Positions 46,283 through 58,780 of a DNA stretch of 64,000 nucleotides are shown here, one piece after another. The stretch is taken from contig OZ004610.1 of assembly GCA_963924565.1 (NCBI GenBank), positions 4,650,001 through 4,714,000 of the forward strand, given 5' to 3'. The DNA comes from Ascidiella aspersa. Its lineage: Eukaryota. How positions within the stretch are numbered: the first letter of the stretch is position 1; every line of letters begins with the position of its first letter. A program made the translations under genes and the position numbers. A model generated the notes under the pieces. It saw nothing but the letters and a program-made list of their open reading frames with translations, had not been told where the DNA came from and searched no databases.

Positions 46283-49200
46283 CTACAGAGGGAACAAAAA
46301 AACAAACAGTTAATAACTATGTTCGCCATGGAATAAATATAGATGTACAATATTAATTTTTTAATACTTAATGTGTCATACAGTAGAGTAATATAAATAA
46401 AAACAGTCATTTGAGGCACAATCATGTGCATGTAAGACACACATAGTCTTATAAATACATGGTTTTCGTTGCCTAAAAAATCCACAAACGAAAAACAGAA
46501 TCTGAAATAGACTGGGTTTAAACGCTTTGTCAACTTTGCCATGTGCTTATTCACTCTACGTAAAATTAGTGATGGAGTTATAAATATCTGTCAGCACATA
46601 GTTGGCAGAACAGATATTTTACAAAATATCAACTTTCATTGCCAACCTTAACAACAAAACTTAAATAGACTTTTCAAAGAAAAGTAATATTTGACATATT
46701 TTTCATTTTTTGTGCATGAAAAGTAGTAATAGATAAATAAGTGAAATCATAAAAAAGTTAAATAGTTCCAAAATGATTCAGGTTTCAAGGACAAAATTAT
46801 TAAAAATTTATTCCATGATTTTGGACAATTATAATGAATGAAGGTCGTAGGTATGATGTCAAATGAATACCGTAGACTTTGCAGAAGTTTTTGTAAACGT
46901 TTTAATAAATGGTAATTCATTTTTAACATCCTAAATAAGTATTTAAAATGTTTGCAAAATAATCTGGTGTTGAGAAGAAATAAAGACATGAAACAAGAAT
47001 AAGAAAAACAATCTACTATAGGCATTTGAAAACTAAAAACGTTTACAAAATAATCTGGTGTTGAGAAGGAATAAGATAGCTAGGAAACAGAAATCGTTTA
47101 AGAGAAACCAATCTACTAGAAAACATATAAAAATTGATTTTAATTACCTTTCCAGTTATCTTGTACACCTTTGATACTACGACAAGTTCATTTGTTTCAG
47201 GCTTTTTTTGAACGCTAAAAAGTATTATTGTTTAGATTAGCAAAAAAAAAAAAAAAAAAAAAAGTTATGAAGATGTTCATTACGCTTTGTTATAATACAC
47301 ATTGCGACTTTTTTGATGATCGCTTTGGTAAATTTAAATACACATGCTGTTATAACAAGATAGAAATGTCTGTTCATGACTTGTCATTTAAAAAGAACAG
47401 GTTTTTCAACAAGTGGTTTTAAAACAAAAGTAAAAATGTATGTTAAACAGTGCTATTAGGTTTTGAGGTTTAGAACATGACAAAAATGGCTACAAGCGTT
47501 TCAATTAATGTTTTTAAGTATCAGTACCTGACTAAGTCTTTGTAGAGTGATTTGGTGACATCGAAGTATGGCTGGATGTTGTCCTCGTATTGGCAGATCG
47601 GCCCGCCAACAACTAGATGAGAAAAGAGTCGGAAAAGTAGCTCAGAGCGTTCCTCGTCACTGTAACACTCAAAGTTATCTGAATCCTCCATCAATAGCAT
47701 CTGTAAAATTTTCAAAAGGTAAATCAAAACGTGCCTACTAAAGCTATCTAAATCTTCAATTAGAAGCAATTTTAAAATTAGTTAAATAGGGGTTTACAAA
47801 AAATAGTTAAATTAAAATCTGTTTATAAGAATTTAAAAGTTATTAGATTAATATATTTATACACTTGGACAAAAAATAATTAAATCGATATGTGTCACCT
47901 TAAGTGTTTCAAATCTTCAGTAAGAAGATATGATATAACTTCTACTTTACCTTCAAGGTAAAGCAAAACTTACCTTTCTTAGTTCGTCTGAAATGGTGAT
48001 GCCTTCAAACATTTCATCAAAGCATTTGCAAATGTTTCCATTTTCTCTCACAATTCCTTCTGCTTTTAGTTTGTCGAAAAATCCCATTGAAACAGTTGTA
48101 CAGTTCACTTCCTCGATGTCAAAGTTTTTGGGTGGATCTTTGTTTATTGAAAAAATACAAAAATAAAATCAGTTCTGCTTACCAGTGGTTTTCAACTTTT
48201 TTTACATTTAAATAATTTTTCGGAACACCAAATGAAAGTTCTAAATATTGCATTAAATAAAACAACGCAAATCTATTTGGTTTTGTTTTTTAAGTCAATG
48301 TGTCATCTCATGTTCCTAATAGAGCACCTTACAACCATGTTTACCCAGTAGCTTGATGTCATTTCATTACAATACATTGTCAATATTTCAGAAAGTTATG
48401 GACGTCTGTTACACTACATTTAAAGGTGTAAAATAAACTCTTACTTTTTCAAGTAAAAGGGCCAAAAAGAATAATTTTAGAGCTGAGCAACCACATTTTC
48501 AGAAATTGTATCCTTTTTTATTGTATTCACCTTAAAATACACACTAACACCTCGTAACAGTATTGCAAAAATTAATTTAAAATGTCTATGTTATTTGCAA
48601 AACACATTTCAAGTCAAGGCCATAAGCAACAATTAGCAAGTTAAGTCATTGATTATTGTAATGTCTTTGACTGGCCCATTAATCACTAACCTATTAAAAA
48701 TATATTTAAATAGCTACATAAAAGGAACACAACAAAAAACAATATTTTTTTTACTCACCCATCATTCCCCAAGAACCACTAAATCCCATAACTTGGATAC
48801 TTTTAAGCACATTGGAGTCGGTAAAGAAGTCCTAAATAATTGAAATCAACTAAAATGACAAATAAAATAACTTTATAAATGTTGTACAAAATTACCTTGA
48901 CAAACGTTTCCTTTAAATGATATGGAAAGGCCCTGTCAAAGCTAAAGGTCCACGCTTTTAAACGATCCAGTAAGTACCTGAAACACAAGGTTGTTCATGT
49001 TGTTGGAAATTAGTACAAGTTATGGAATGATTGGGTTTAGGAAAAAAATTTCAGTTGTTATTATCTTTTATTGGGGCTATTTTATCATATGTTTCAAAGG
49101 GGTAATATCTAACATATATCTATATTTTTAAACAAGACATAAATTGCCTGACTTTAATCTCTTGGGAGAAGTGGCATAGCTTATTTTAACTTAACTTAGG

Positions 49201-49537
49201 TGAAAGTGAGTTAGGCAGATGAAGTAGTACATTAATATTTAAAAAGATTAATAAAAAAACACAGCTGGCATTTATATTTCCTCTCCAGTGTGACACCAGA
49301 AGAAGGCTACTTGAACAGATTGCTGGTGTCACTTTGAACGTTTCAAGTAACTCTTTATTGTTTTCAACATCTGATACCTACTTTATGGGCTTTGGTTTTC
49401 TTACTACGTCTTAATACAACCTCCCACTATTATGCTCTAATCACATACCATTTTTCTAAAAATGTCTTAAATTCCTTGTTGCACAGAGATGGGAGTTGTT
49501 TGGGTAAAAATGTGAACCTGAAAGGTGAGTCGTCCAT
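46154..49537 (-). CDS. CFAP300: Cilia- and flagella-associated protein 300 (C11orf70, dynein-arm assembly factor); complement(join(46154..46282,47148..47214,47528..47700,47974..48137,48759..48831,48896..48977,49449..49537)), 258 aa
   Basis: Spliced product has FRFTFLPK, F.FD..F, CTTVSMGFF, ISDELRKMLLMEDSD, LFRLFSHLVVGGPICQYED, LYKDLVSV and YPS...HEQNFAYLIVNP.KR......YH, collinear with the C11orf70 family; GT-AG introns with consistent phases. Confidence 0.93.
47148..47214 (-). CDS. CFAP300: CFAP300 exon 6
   Basis: SVQKKPETNELVVVSKVYKITGK; ttttag / GTAATT. Confidence 0.87.
47528..47700 (-). CDS. CFAP300: CFAP300 exon 5
   Basis: MLLMEDSDNFECYSDEERSELLFRLFSHLVVGGPICQYED...LYKDLV. Confidence 0.93.
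47974..48137 (-). CDS. CFAP300: CFAP300 exon 4
   Basis: DPPKNFDIEEVNCTTVSMGFFDKL...ISDELRK; donor GTAAGT. Confidence 0.9.
48759..48831 (-). CDS. CFAP300: CFAP300 exon 3
   Basis: DFFTDSNVLKSIQVMGFSGSWGMM; atttag / GTGAGT; 64-nt preceding intron. Confidence 0.85.
48896..48977 (-). CDS. CFAP300: CFAP300 exon 2
   Basis: YLLDRLKAWTFSFDRAFPYHLKETFVK; tttcag / GTAATT. Confidence 0.88.
49449..49537 (-). CDS. CFAP300: CFAP300 exon 1
   Basis: MDDSPFRFTFLPKQLPSLCNKEFKTFLEKW, donor TG|GTATGT. Confidence 0.85.
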
Positions 49538-49899
49538 CTTGAAGAGCTATTTTTTTGTACATTAACAGTTAAAAAACGACAGAGTTGTTATTGGTCACAT
49601 TACACTCCTATAAAAATTAAACCACATCATTAGGTTAAATCAAGCTAATTTACTTAGCAGTTGTGGTTATGATACTTGCAAACTTGCTAGTGACTTTACA
49701 GCCTCTAAAAAGCCAAGTTTAAAATGTACTGCTGACCCAATGTGTGATTAAAACATGAAAATTAGAATTTTAGATAATATAGAAGGGTAATACAATTTGT
49801 TTTTTTTATACAATAATTACCACTCAAATTGGATTCATTTAGAATTTTCGGAACAAATCCTGAAAACTTTCGAAAATGAATGAAAAATCGACGTCCTTT

Positions 49900-51740
49900 T
49901 GTACTTAGGACCACAAAACAAAATTAAAAAGTGTTCAAGCCTAGGTTGTTAACCTTTCCTAACTGTTAGTAATCTAGCGGATGCTTCCAGTACAAGTTCA
50001 TTTTTTTATACAGCGGGTTTTAAGGGGTGCTTCCCATGGCTTTCTATTGTATTGTTCATTAAAAACAAGAAAATATGGCTTGTTAACTCAAACGAACTGA
50101 AAAAGTTGCGCAAATAATTGTTTACTTTTTTGTTTTTGGCGTGCGTTTAAATGTAGCTGTTAAGCAATTTTTTTATTGGAAAGACTTTAAATATGAGGCT
50201 ATATGTAGATTTGAAGTGTTTTCATAAATATAAAAAAGTGATGTTTAATAGGGTTGTAACAATACACATGATCTGTAGGATCAGTCACCAGGCTAGTGAG
50301 TCGATAGTGCTTTTAAAACTTTTTACCGATACCGGTACTGGTTAAATCTGCTTGTATTGTCAAGTTTTAAATAGCAATGATTCGCCGTGTTTACCAAAAC
50401 GTAACACAACAGTTTTGGTTGGTTTCATTGTTAAAAGATACCTGAAGGCTACAAAAAACTGTAAAATAAAACAAATGTAATTTTATATTTTGATATCGAC
50501 AAAATTTGAACTGCTTCCTAAGAACATTTTTTGCCAGACTGTGTTTATGGCTTTCAAGTTTAAACTACAACGACAATGTTTTAATAAATTTACAGCAGTT
50601 TTGGAAATAAATGTCCGGTTGTTGCGCATATAAAAATTAAGCCGTGTGGTTTACTGTACGATTTTTGTTTGAGGGCAGCATGAATTTTCAGAGACGATGT
50701 CACGAAGTTACGTCAAAACGTGGCGTTAAAAGAAATAATTTTAAGAGCACCACATTGTTCGTTGAGTTTGTTAAAGCTTTTGGTTGAAGAGGTGTTACTT
50801 CGGCCACGTGTCCACCCTTGGATCCGCCCCCGCTTAAAATATTAGCTTTTCGACAAAACGACATGACTTTGACTATAGCATTTTGCTGAATATCTCATTT
50901 TGGACTAGTTTGCTTAAAATCGATTTCGTTTACGATTTTCGTTGTATAATTTAAGGGTGGGAACTGGGAAGTCGAGTCGACTCCGGCCAAAACTTTTAAG
51001 TTTAAACTGCACATGCTCACATCGGATTCGGGACTCGCCTACAACGTAGACCATGTAGTAAAACTCTTAAATGCACCATAAAGTCTTTAAAAACCTGACT
51101 TCCAGTGGTGCGGCACACGGACTACTAATATTTTGAAAAACATTAAACTTTTAAATGCGCAATTAGGCCCATGCAAAATTGGGAATTTCGCCTAGAATCG
51201 AATAAATTGATTACGACGGTTTCGATATGCTAACCATGTAGTCATGTGGATTTGTGCTGGCCAAATTAGCTGCGAAAGAATATTTAAATAATCGAAATTT
51301 GGGTTTATATTACTTAACATAGAAACAAAAGTAAACAACTCCACAGTTGATCTGCTAATATTTTGCACGAATGAGTGTGAATAAAAAACAGTATACATTA
51401 CAAAACCTAAATACGTCAAGTAAGCAAGAATTGAGTCATGCATGATTGATTTTGCAACTGGTTTGGGGAAAGTTTGCATTTAGTACCATTGAAGTGGTTG
51501 GAATGTGTCAATTTTGTTACACCCGGAAACCGGAATTATAAATGCAATTTGCAAGATATTTTTTCAAAGTGTTTTAAAAAAGATTCATAATTTATTGTGT
51601 ACCCAAGAAAAGGTCTTTTATTCTCATGGAAGTTTGACGTTTTTGAATCTGTAGAAAACCAAATTTTATTTTTTTAATTTAATTAATTAAAAGATTTCTC
51701 AACAAATTTTGAAGCAATTGAATAGTTTTAAACGTAAGTA
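49900..51740. promoter_or_regulatory. Divergent promoter region between CFAP300 (-) and Abraxas (+), with tandem ETS-type CCGGAA sites (51523-51535) and a probable 5'UTR donor GTAAGT at 51734
   Basis: Head-to-head genes 2.6 kb apart; CpG locally retained; ACCCGGAAACCGGAATT seen directly. Confidence 0.5.
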
Positions 51741-51751
51741 ATGCCACTTTG

Positions 51752-51954
51752 GGCGCTCGTCTAGAATCCTACCACAACGAACATTATTTGGGTTAGGGTG
51801 CCGGTTAGCGTTTGGGTGTGGGTGAGTCAAATAATAGTATTAAATAATAATACTTGACCCACCCTCACCCAAACACTAACCGACACCCTAACCCACATAT
51901 TGAGCATTGCTTAAGAATTATTTCAACAATGTGGTAGGATTCTAGACCAGCGCC
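51752..51954. mobile_element. Foldback MITE (family A) with GGCGCT termini, internal GGGTTAGGG/CCCTAACCC and 8-bp TSD CCACTTTG
   Basis: Nearly fully palindromic, 203 bp; TSD at 51744-51751 and 51955-51962. Confidence 0.9.
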
Positions 51955-52156
51955 CCACTTTGTGTTATACTAGAATTAGTTAATTACAGGTTAGTAGTCA
52001 TAGCCTGAAAACTTTTAAACTGTTAATTTAAAATGTGATTGACAGTTGCGGCTTAATCAGAATCAGTGCAGTTGATTAAATTTTTGTTTGAGTGGAACGT
52101 TAGAATAGTAATTAAATAAATTTGTATAAAAATTTCCGGGTGTTTTGCAGTTTAAC

Positions 52157-52316
52157 ATGAAGGTCAAAATTACTTCGCCGTGTATGGCGATGCTTTTGTA
52201 CGAAGCAAGCAAATCTAACGGACAAACTGAAGGATTGCTTTGTGGAGAATTTGCTTCTGAATCCTTACAACAGATCACTGATTCTCATGTCACGACTGTA
52301 ACGGAAGATGTCTTGT
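52157..52316 (+). CDS. ABRAXAS: Abraxas-like exon 1
   Basis: MKVKITSPCMAMLLYEASKSNGQTEGLLCGEFASESLQQITDS...; donor GTAAGT. Confidence 0.85.
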
Positions 52317-55300
52317 GTAAGTTGTTGCCACAGTTTCTAAACTAATTTTCTTAATTCAGGCAGAATTAGATTTAAGTATATATCCCAGATTTAGTTATCA
52401 ATGATTTAATTTAATTTTAGGCACCTTATTTAGCATAAAAAATATACAAAGTTCATTAATTCAGGCTGACCCTCATTTTCAACTATAATAATTTTTTTTA
52501 CATTTTGGAAGAAACGATAAACCGAAAAATAAAATGCACAAATAAAATAACTTGTAATATATTTGTGTTGTAGGTGGTAACTATTCTTTTTGCATTTACA
52601 GCAATTTACAACTTGCAAGATGCACCTACCTCCAATAATTCTTTCAATAGCGACAGTCGCAAGATTCCCAGACACTCTTCTTCCATTCTTGGAAGATATA
52701 AGTTCTGTAGAAGATCTGGCTTTTCCCTCACAGTGAGAGAAAAGGTATGTAAAAAATATTTCCGCCTGCTCCTATATTAAACCAAAACTAGGTATTTTTT
52801 AAGATGAAATATATGTAAACCAGTGGTTCTCAAACTTTTTGATTATGTGTTGTAAATTTTACCAATTTTATTTTTATGTTTTGATTAGTAATGTTATTTA
52901 AATCTGAAAATCATAATCAATTGCTGCATTTAAAAAAAAAAATATTTGCAAGCATTTTATTACCGCAATTAAGTTTAGATGTAAAACAAAATCATCTGTG
53001 ATTTCATTATTGCTTGCTTCTGGATGAATTGTAATTTTCTATGTACAAATGTAGTATTATGCAAAAAGAGTTACACATTTACATGCCCGATTTGACAACA
53101 AAAAATGTTAGGTTTATCACTGTCAAACATGATGTGATGAGTTATAGTTTATTCAAAGTGTTTGCAGACTTAGAAGTTTCTGAAGCTCTAGATCAGGGGT
53201 GACCAAACTACGGCCTGCGGGCTAGATTAGACCCATCGGTTTAATTCTTTCGCTCTGTAAATTTTTTTGATAAATATTTCTTATATCTTTTCTTCTGTCG
53301 GTAACAATTAAGTCAAATGAGATAAATCCAATTTTTTATCCGGTCCACCATTGTCAATTCTTACAATAAATCGGCCTGTGACTTGCAGTCCTAAGACTTT
53401 CCTTATTCTTTGTGTAAAAAGTTGGTAAAACCGGCTCTTGATTAAGTCTTTCTTTTAAAAACTATAATGGATGCCTATTACACACCAACCAAATCAGTCC
53501 ATTATGATTCAATCAACCTTTCATTCTAAAATTCTAATATGTCTTTTAAGGACAAACCTCACTGAAATCGGACACATTAACAATGTTTTATTAATATTTT
53601 TTCCACAGTCTCTCCACCGCAAGTTGGTGAGATCAATTGAGCAAAGTGGTGGTTGTGGAGCACACGCCGTCACCATTTTGATTCAGGAAAACTGGATTGA
53701 AACTCAGTCAAACTACTCTTGGCAGTTTGCCGCCTTCTCTTATCAAAGCGGGTAACTTCTTGATGAGTTATGGCTTTACCACTGTGTGATTTGTAATGTT
53801 GTATCACTGTTTGGTTTGTAATGCAAAAGTTAAGGAACCATAGGAGGATCAGACAGCATGTTTGTTTTAATTTGCTATTTAAAAATCCTGTCATGATTTT
53901 TAAAAGGTGGTATGTTTTCATTAATGCTTTATTTAATAAATTTTGTTGTAATTTATATTTGTAAAAGGGGGATAAATATCATTATAAATTTGTTAATTAT
54001 GATAGTTGCCACAAGACATGTAAATTTTGGTTAGATTTTAAAGTTGAAATAGTTGTAGTTGGACCATTTTTACCCTGCACACGCAATTACTTTGTTTGTT
54101 TTAACCAGTCTTACTTATACTCTGACCTGATGAAGCACAGTTGTACAAATGTTTTCAGTATTAAAGTAAGACAAATATGACTTGGGTACACTATGCATGG
54201 ATCTGTAATGTAGCTTGATAATGAATTTCAAAGACAAAAAGGTCAAGTAAATCAACATTATCTTAATAAATAAGTTTTGATATGCACTAGTATCATCATC
54301 AGTTTATGTGAAACTGAATCTCGTATCTAAACGTCTTAATCAAGATGATGTCGATCTACACGACCTTTTTGTTATCAAGCTCCAAATATGACTATTGACC
54401 AAGTTAAAATATGTAGCTTTACACTAGTGATTCCCAAACTGTGTGCTCCGACAAACTAATGTTCTTTAAGAGATTGCTAAGTGTACCGAAAAACTTTTGT
54501 AATTTCGGAATATAGAGTATCTATATTACCTATTATTGGGTATATAGTATGTACAGTGTACACGCAAGCACTTCGCCTTAAACACGCAAATTAATATTAA
54601 GACATTTACATGTAGTTTGTTGTGTGTTAAGGGCAATTGTAAAATTACTCTATTGTGTTCTGTGTGCTGTAAAATATGTAAAAAAGTGTGCTGTGAAATA
54701 TGTAAGATTTTTTTAGTGTCCCGCGATTCAACAAAGTTTGATAACCTTTAGTCTACACATTACTTATACAAGATTTTTAATTTTAACCAAACTTCACCTT
54801 CTACAGGAAGTTTATTGCCACAGAAGTGGAGATTGTCAACTTGAAGGCAATAAGCTGCGGAGCCTACAAGCCGTACCCTGCCATCCACCAGCGTCAGTTG
54901 TCGCCCCAAGCTTTGTCCGCCTATGCAAAGCTGCAGCCTTCAAGTTCTAACAATAACAGTCATGCACCAAGGCTTACTGAAACCACAAGGTGGGTGTTTA
55001 AATGTCAATTTTGAAAAGAAGTCATTTTGTAATGACTTAATTGCTAGTCAAGTCATTAGTTACTTCCAGTTGCATAGCACCGGCCTATTATTGTAGAGTG
55101 ATAAGTAGCCCATGAAGTAAATCATGGTAAATCTACTGTGAAGGTGGAAAATCGTTATTTGGAGTGATAATTTGAATTGCTGTTAAACAGCTTGCTGACT
55201 TTACGAAAGTTTTGTTATGTATTTTATTTTGATAATTACTGTAATTAGTGCTGTATACTAACAACCTAAAATAATTTTTTTAATCATCTTTATACCAAAA

Positions 55301-57319
55301 ATATTTTTAAGAAAATATTATGATTAACTTCCATTCAATTTAAAAAACACGACCCATCATGAAAATAGTGAAATATAATGGCACATGATAAAAGTCGAAA
55401 GAGGCATTATCTAACAATTTAAAAGATGTTGTTTGGCCTTTATCTAGATCCGTGGTTTTGACTAAAGGCACCTTAATCATTAGAAGTAGCATCTCTAAAC
55501 CAACTATTTATATACTTGTTTTCCAGCGAGATGAGCAAATCAATTGTCAAGTCCTTGGATGAGGCGGCTGCAAGTTTGCGAAACACTGAATGTTTGCTTG
55601 AAGCAGCCTACAGCGAAAAACAGAGGCTTAAGCAGCAACTTATTGACATGCAAGGTAAGAATTTAAGTGATAGTATTGGTAATTGTTAAATACTATTGTC
55701 CGATACTAAATTAATATAGGAATTTCAGCCATAGTTTGCAATCCAAAGCAGCCATTCTACTTTTAAAGGTAATTTTTATCAAAATAGGGAAGGTTTAACA
55801 CCTGGAAGTAACTAAACATCTTAATGCTAAAACAAGTTGGGGCCATAGATGTGAAAAATACCTCTGAACTTTTTCATCTAGTTTGTATTTTTGAGCACAG
55901 TAATGATGTCGCTTAGTATTGGATTGAACCACGATACTTTTTGTCCAAAATGTCGGATGTTGGTTTCTGAATAAAATATTAAGTATCAGATATCCCTAGT
56001 GAGTACAAAACAATATTATTTTGCCTGGCCACAGTTAGTGTCGGTCCAGTCAAGCATCGCCTATGGACAGGAAAGGATCCATTTAGCCTTGCCTGCACAA
56101 AAATGTCTAATTAGTAAACTGATTTAATTTTTCTCTAAAGTTTTTCGCTGTACCAAGATGAATGGTAAGCATGTTGTTGAAAGTGCAATTGAATTTTTTT
56201 TATTGTATTGACATTCATAGTGTTTTGAATTATATTGAAAAAACATAGAGCGGTCCAATTGTAGATCTCAAAGATCTACTTATTATTTGAAAAGTCTGAA
56301 TGTTTTTGAGGTTTTTCATAAAATTGTCTGAAAACTCTGGTACAGCTCCCTTGTGCATTACTTAGAGTTCAATCTATACTTTATGCACCAAACCAAATTA
56401 GAGTTTCAATCTATACTTTATGCATACAGTTTAACATGAACATGACAAACTCCGATGTCCTCAACTCCTCATATTTCCTGCAAAAAATTTTTGATGTTAG
56501 CGATGTATTTTTTAAGTGTCTCAAAATTTTGAATGGTATTAGAAGATGTTCTCAAATACTTTTAAAACCAAGGCGTTAAATACAAATTTCTTGTAATCTT
56601 GCAGCCCAAAAAACAATTTGTTTTTGTTGTTTTCAGTCCAGCATTTAAAAAAAATTGAATGCTAATAGAAACTGATGTTAAGAGTGTTTTATACAAAACC
56701 ATTTGATACAAAAGCAAGAATCTTTTTTTTATATTTAATTGTCTGCGGGAAATTTCCTTAGCTTAATAGAAACTGTTCAGAAGTTTTTAATTCAAGCTGT
56801 TAAACCTTTAAAAAAAATTCTTCTAATTTTGCAGCTCAAAAAAAGGCTGCCATCAAACTACAAGAAGCCTCTCTTGCGGAGCAAAGTGAACCAAAGCGTC
56901 ACAGCTTTAGCAGTAGCAGCTCATCTTCCGACACTGATTCCTCATCCGGGGAGGAAAATCTGTCTGATCACCACCACCATGTCATCACTGAACACCAGGA
57001 GGCGATGGAAAGTCGCCAATTCGATGACCCCGTTGACCTTGACAACGTGGAAAGGTCGCTAGGCAACGAAACAGCGCCACCCATGGACAAAGTGGACACT
57101 AAAGTGCCGGTTGACCCGTTTGTGTGTTTAGTTGATATTGCAAAGGCAGATTTGAAGCGCAGCGAACAACAATGCAATTCGGGTTCGGAGGCAACCGGTC
57201 AGCTCGCCAAGGTCACCGACAAGGTTCCAGAGGTCAGGGACGAAGGTCAGCTGATGAAGGAATACAACGATGAGAGACCTTGGTGCGAAAAAACACGAGC
57301 AGGACGCTTAAAGAACTGA
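52157..57319 (+). CDS. ABRAXAS: Abraxas/FAM175-family MPN- scaffold of BRCC36 complexes (BRCA1-A/BRISC); join(52157..52316,52602..52744,53609..53751,54807..54989,55527..55654,56835..57319), 413 aa
   Basis: TEGLLCGE...ITDS (human TEGFLLGE...ITDS), ILGRYKFCRRS...TVREKSLHRKL (VVGWYKFRRHS...TFRERLLHKNL), IVNL, then a coiled-coil exon and a low-complexity tail; all junctions GT-AG and in phase. Confidence 0.85.
52602..52744 (+). CDS. ABRAXAS: Abraxas-like exon 2
   Basis: Acceptor tttacag gives the correct phase; ILGRYKFCRRSGFSLTVREK; donor GTATGT. Confidence 0.8.
53193..53436. mobile_element. Degenerate hAT/Charlie-like MITE in Abraxas intron 2
   Basis: CAGGGGTGACCAAACTACGGCCTGCGGGC start typical of this class; similar starts at 48183, 52821 and 54425. 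Confidence 0.45.
53609..53751 (+). CDS. ABRAXAS: Abraxas-like exon 3
   Basis: SLHRKLVRSIEQ...AFSYQSG; ttccacag / GTAACT. Confidence 0.82.
54807..54989 (+). CDS. ABRAXAS: Abraxas-like exon 4
   Basis: KFIATEVEIVNLKAISCGAYKPYP...; ctacag / GTGGGT. Confidence 0.8.
55527..55654 (+). CDS. ABRAXAS: Abraxas-like exon 5 (coiled coil)
   Basis: EMSKSIVKSLDEAAASLRNTECLLEAAYSEKQRLKQQLIDMQ; ttttccag / GTAAGA. Confidence 0.82.
55670..55999. mobile_element. Family D repeat copy ending ATATCCCTA
   Basis: Direct similarity to 45890-46130; hAT-like terminus. Confidence 0.65.
56835..57319 (+). CDS. ABRAXAS: Abraxas-like terminal exon 6
   Basis: Acceptor ttttgcag; 161 open codons, Ser/acid-rich, ending ...TRAGRLKN*. 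Confidence 0.8.
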
Positions 57320-58499
57320 TGCTGGTTTGAAAAACTCATATTTTTTTCTGTTTTGAGATAAGTCTGCAGTGAGTTTTTTGGAGGTTAAAAAAATTGAGTT
57401 TTAAAAGTCAATTGAAAAAACTGATTCTTGTTAAATATAATTTTTGTCTAAATGCCTTCATTATTTGGATTACAATGATAAACCACCTAGAGGTCCTGAA
57501 CAAGCAAATGAACAACATTCTTTTGAAGCAAATATATAATCCTTTTCAAACTATTGTTTTGTTTTCCTTTACATACGCACAAAATAACAGTTATACGACA
57601 GACATAATAGGATATTGTAAGAGTTACACATGTTGGAAATACAACTTTGTTCGATAGTTTCAAATAAAACTTTCATTAATTTTAATGTTCTTCGATACTC
57701 TGCATTTGGATTGAGTTTCTTTGAAGGTTGCGAATATGTGATTTCACTGAGTAGCTTCCATTTGTTAAACTGTTTGTAATTGCAGACAGAGTTTGCCGAG
57801 TTCTTCCTTTCATTTTCTGCCCTTTTAGTCTTTTGGGTTACGAGATTATTAGTCATTGACGCATCTTATAGCGTTAAATGTTCCATTTGTACCACCAGCC
57901 ATATCCAGGATGTAAAATGTGACTGTATATGTTCCTAAATGCCCTTGATTTAATTTCCTGTAAAATAAACATAGAAAAACATAATCTAAAAAAAATCACA
58001 GCAGTCAAATCCGTCCAAATATATTTTTTAGGCTTGTTTTAAATTACAATCCAGGACCACTACGATTTTCACTTGTTTAATTTATCAATGTTTGCATTTT
58101 TTGTTATTTAGGTCAATTTATAAGGTGACTTGATATGTTTTTGCGAATGCGAAATCATTTGGCCAGATTATTTCAGTTAACACAGAATAGACTAAATTAT
58201 TTTAAAACACTGTCAGAAGCAAACCAATAAAGTAACAAAACCTTTCGTTTGAATCCACGATGAAGATTGAGCATTACATTAAGTTTGGCCATTCAATGCT
58301 TTCATTGCTTAATAAATGCGAAAAAAGATTGCGACTCATGTTTTCGTGAAATGTCCGATAGTTTTTTTTTCCAAAAACGGTCTTTATTATACAACTGTAA
58401 ACCTTCGTATCAGTTAGCCAACCTACTGTCATGGAAAACAATGCTTTGACTAACTGCCGGAAGTTCTGAGGAAATTGAGTCCCAAATCACACACATTTA

Positions 58500-58780
58500 G
58501 CCGATACCTGATGCCTTGTGGTAGTGTCGGTACTTGTCCTTATCTGATACCAAAGTAATAAAGAAATTTAGGCTTTAATTCGTGAATGTAAGTTTATTCA
58601 AAATAAAATAATAACACACTGATCACTGGAGTATTAAACTTTTAACACCCAGCAAATTTTAACCCAACAATTTTGAAAAAGGACCATAATAATGACTTCA
58701 TTTAATACCAGATTGTGATACATTGTTCAAAATATCTGGTTTCATATTAGAATAAAATGTCAGGTATCGGACATCCTAAT
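58500..58780. mobile_element. Family D repeat copy
   Basis: CCGATACCTGATGCCTTGTGGTAG ... GTATCGGACATCCTA. Confidence 0.55.

Noticed and set aside
50028-50045. RFX X-box for ciliary CFAP300
   Set aside because: CTTCCCATGGCTTT matches GTTNCCATGGNAAC only in the core
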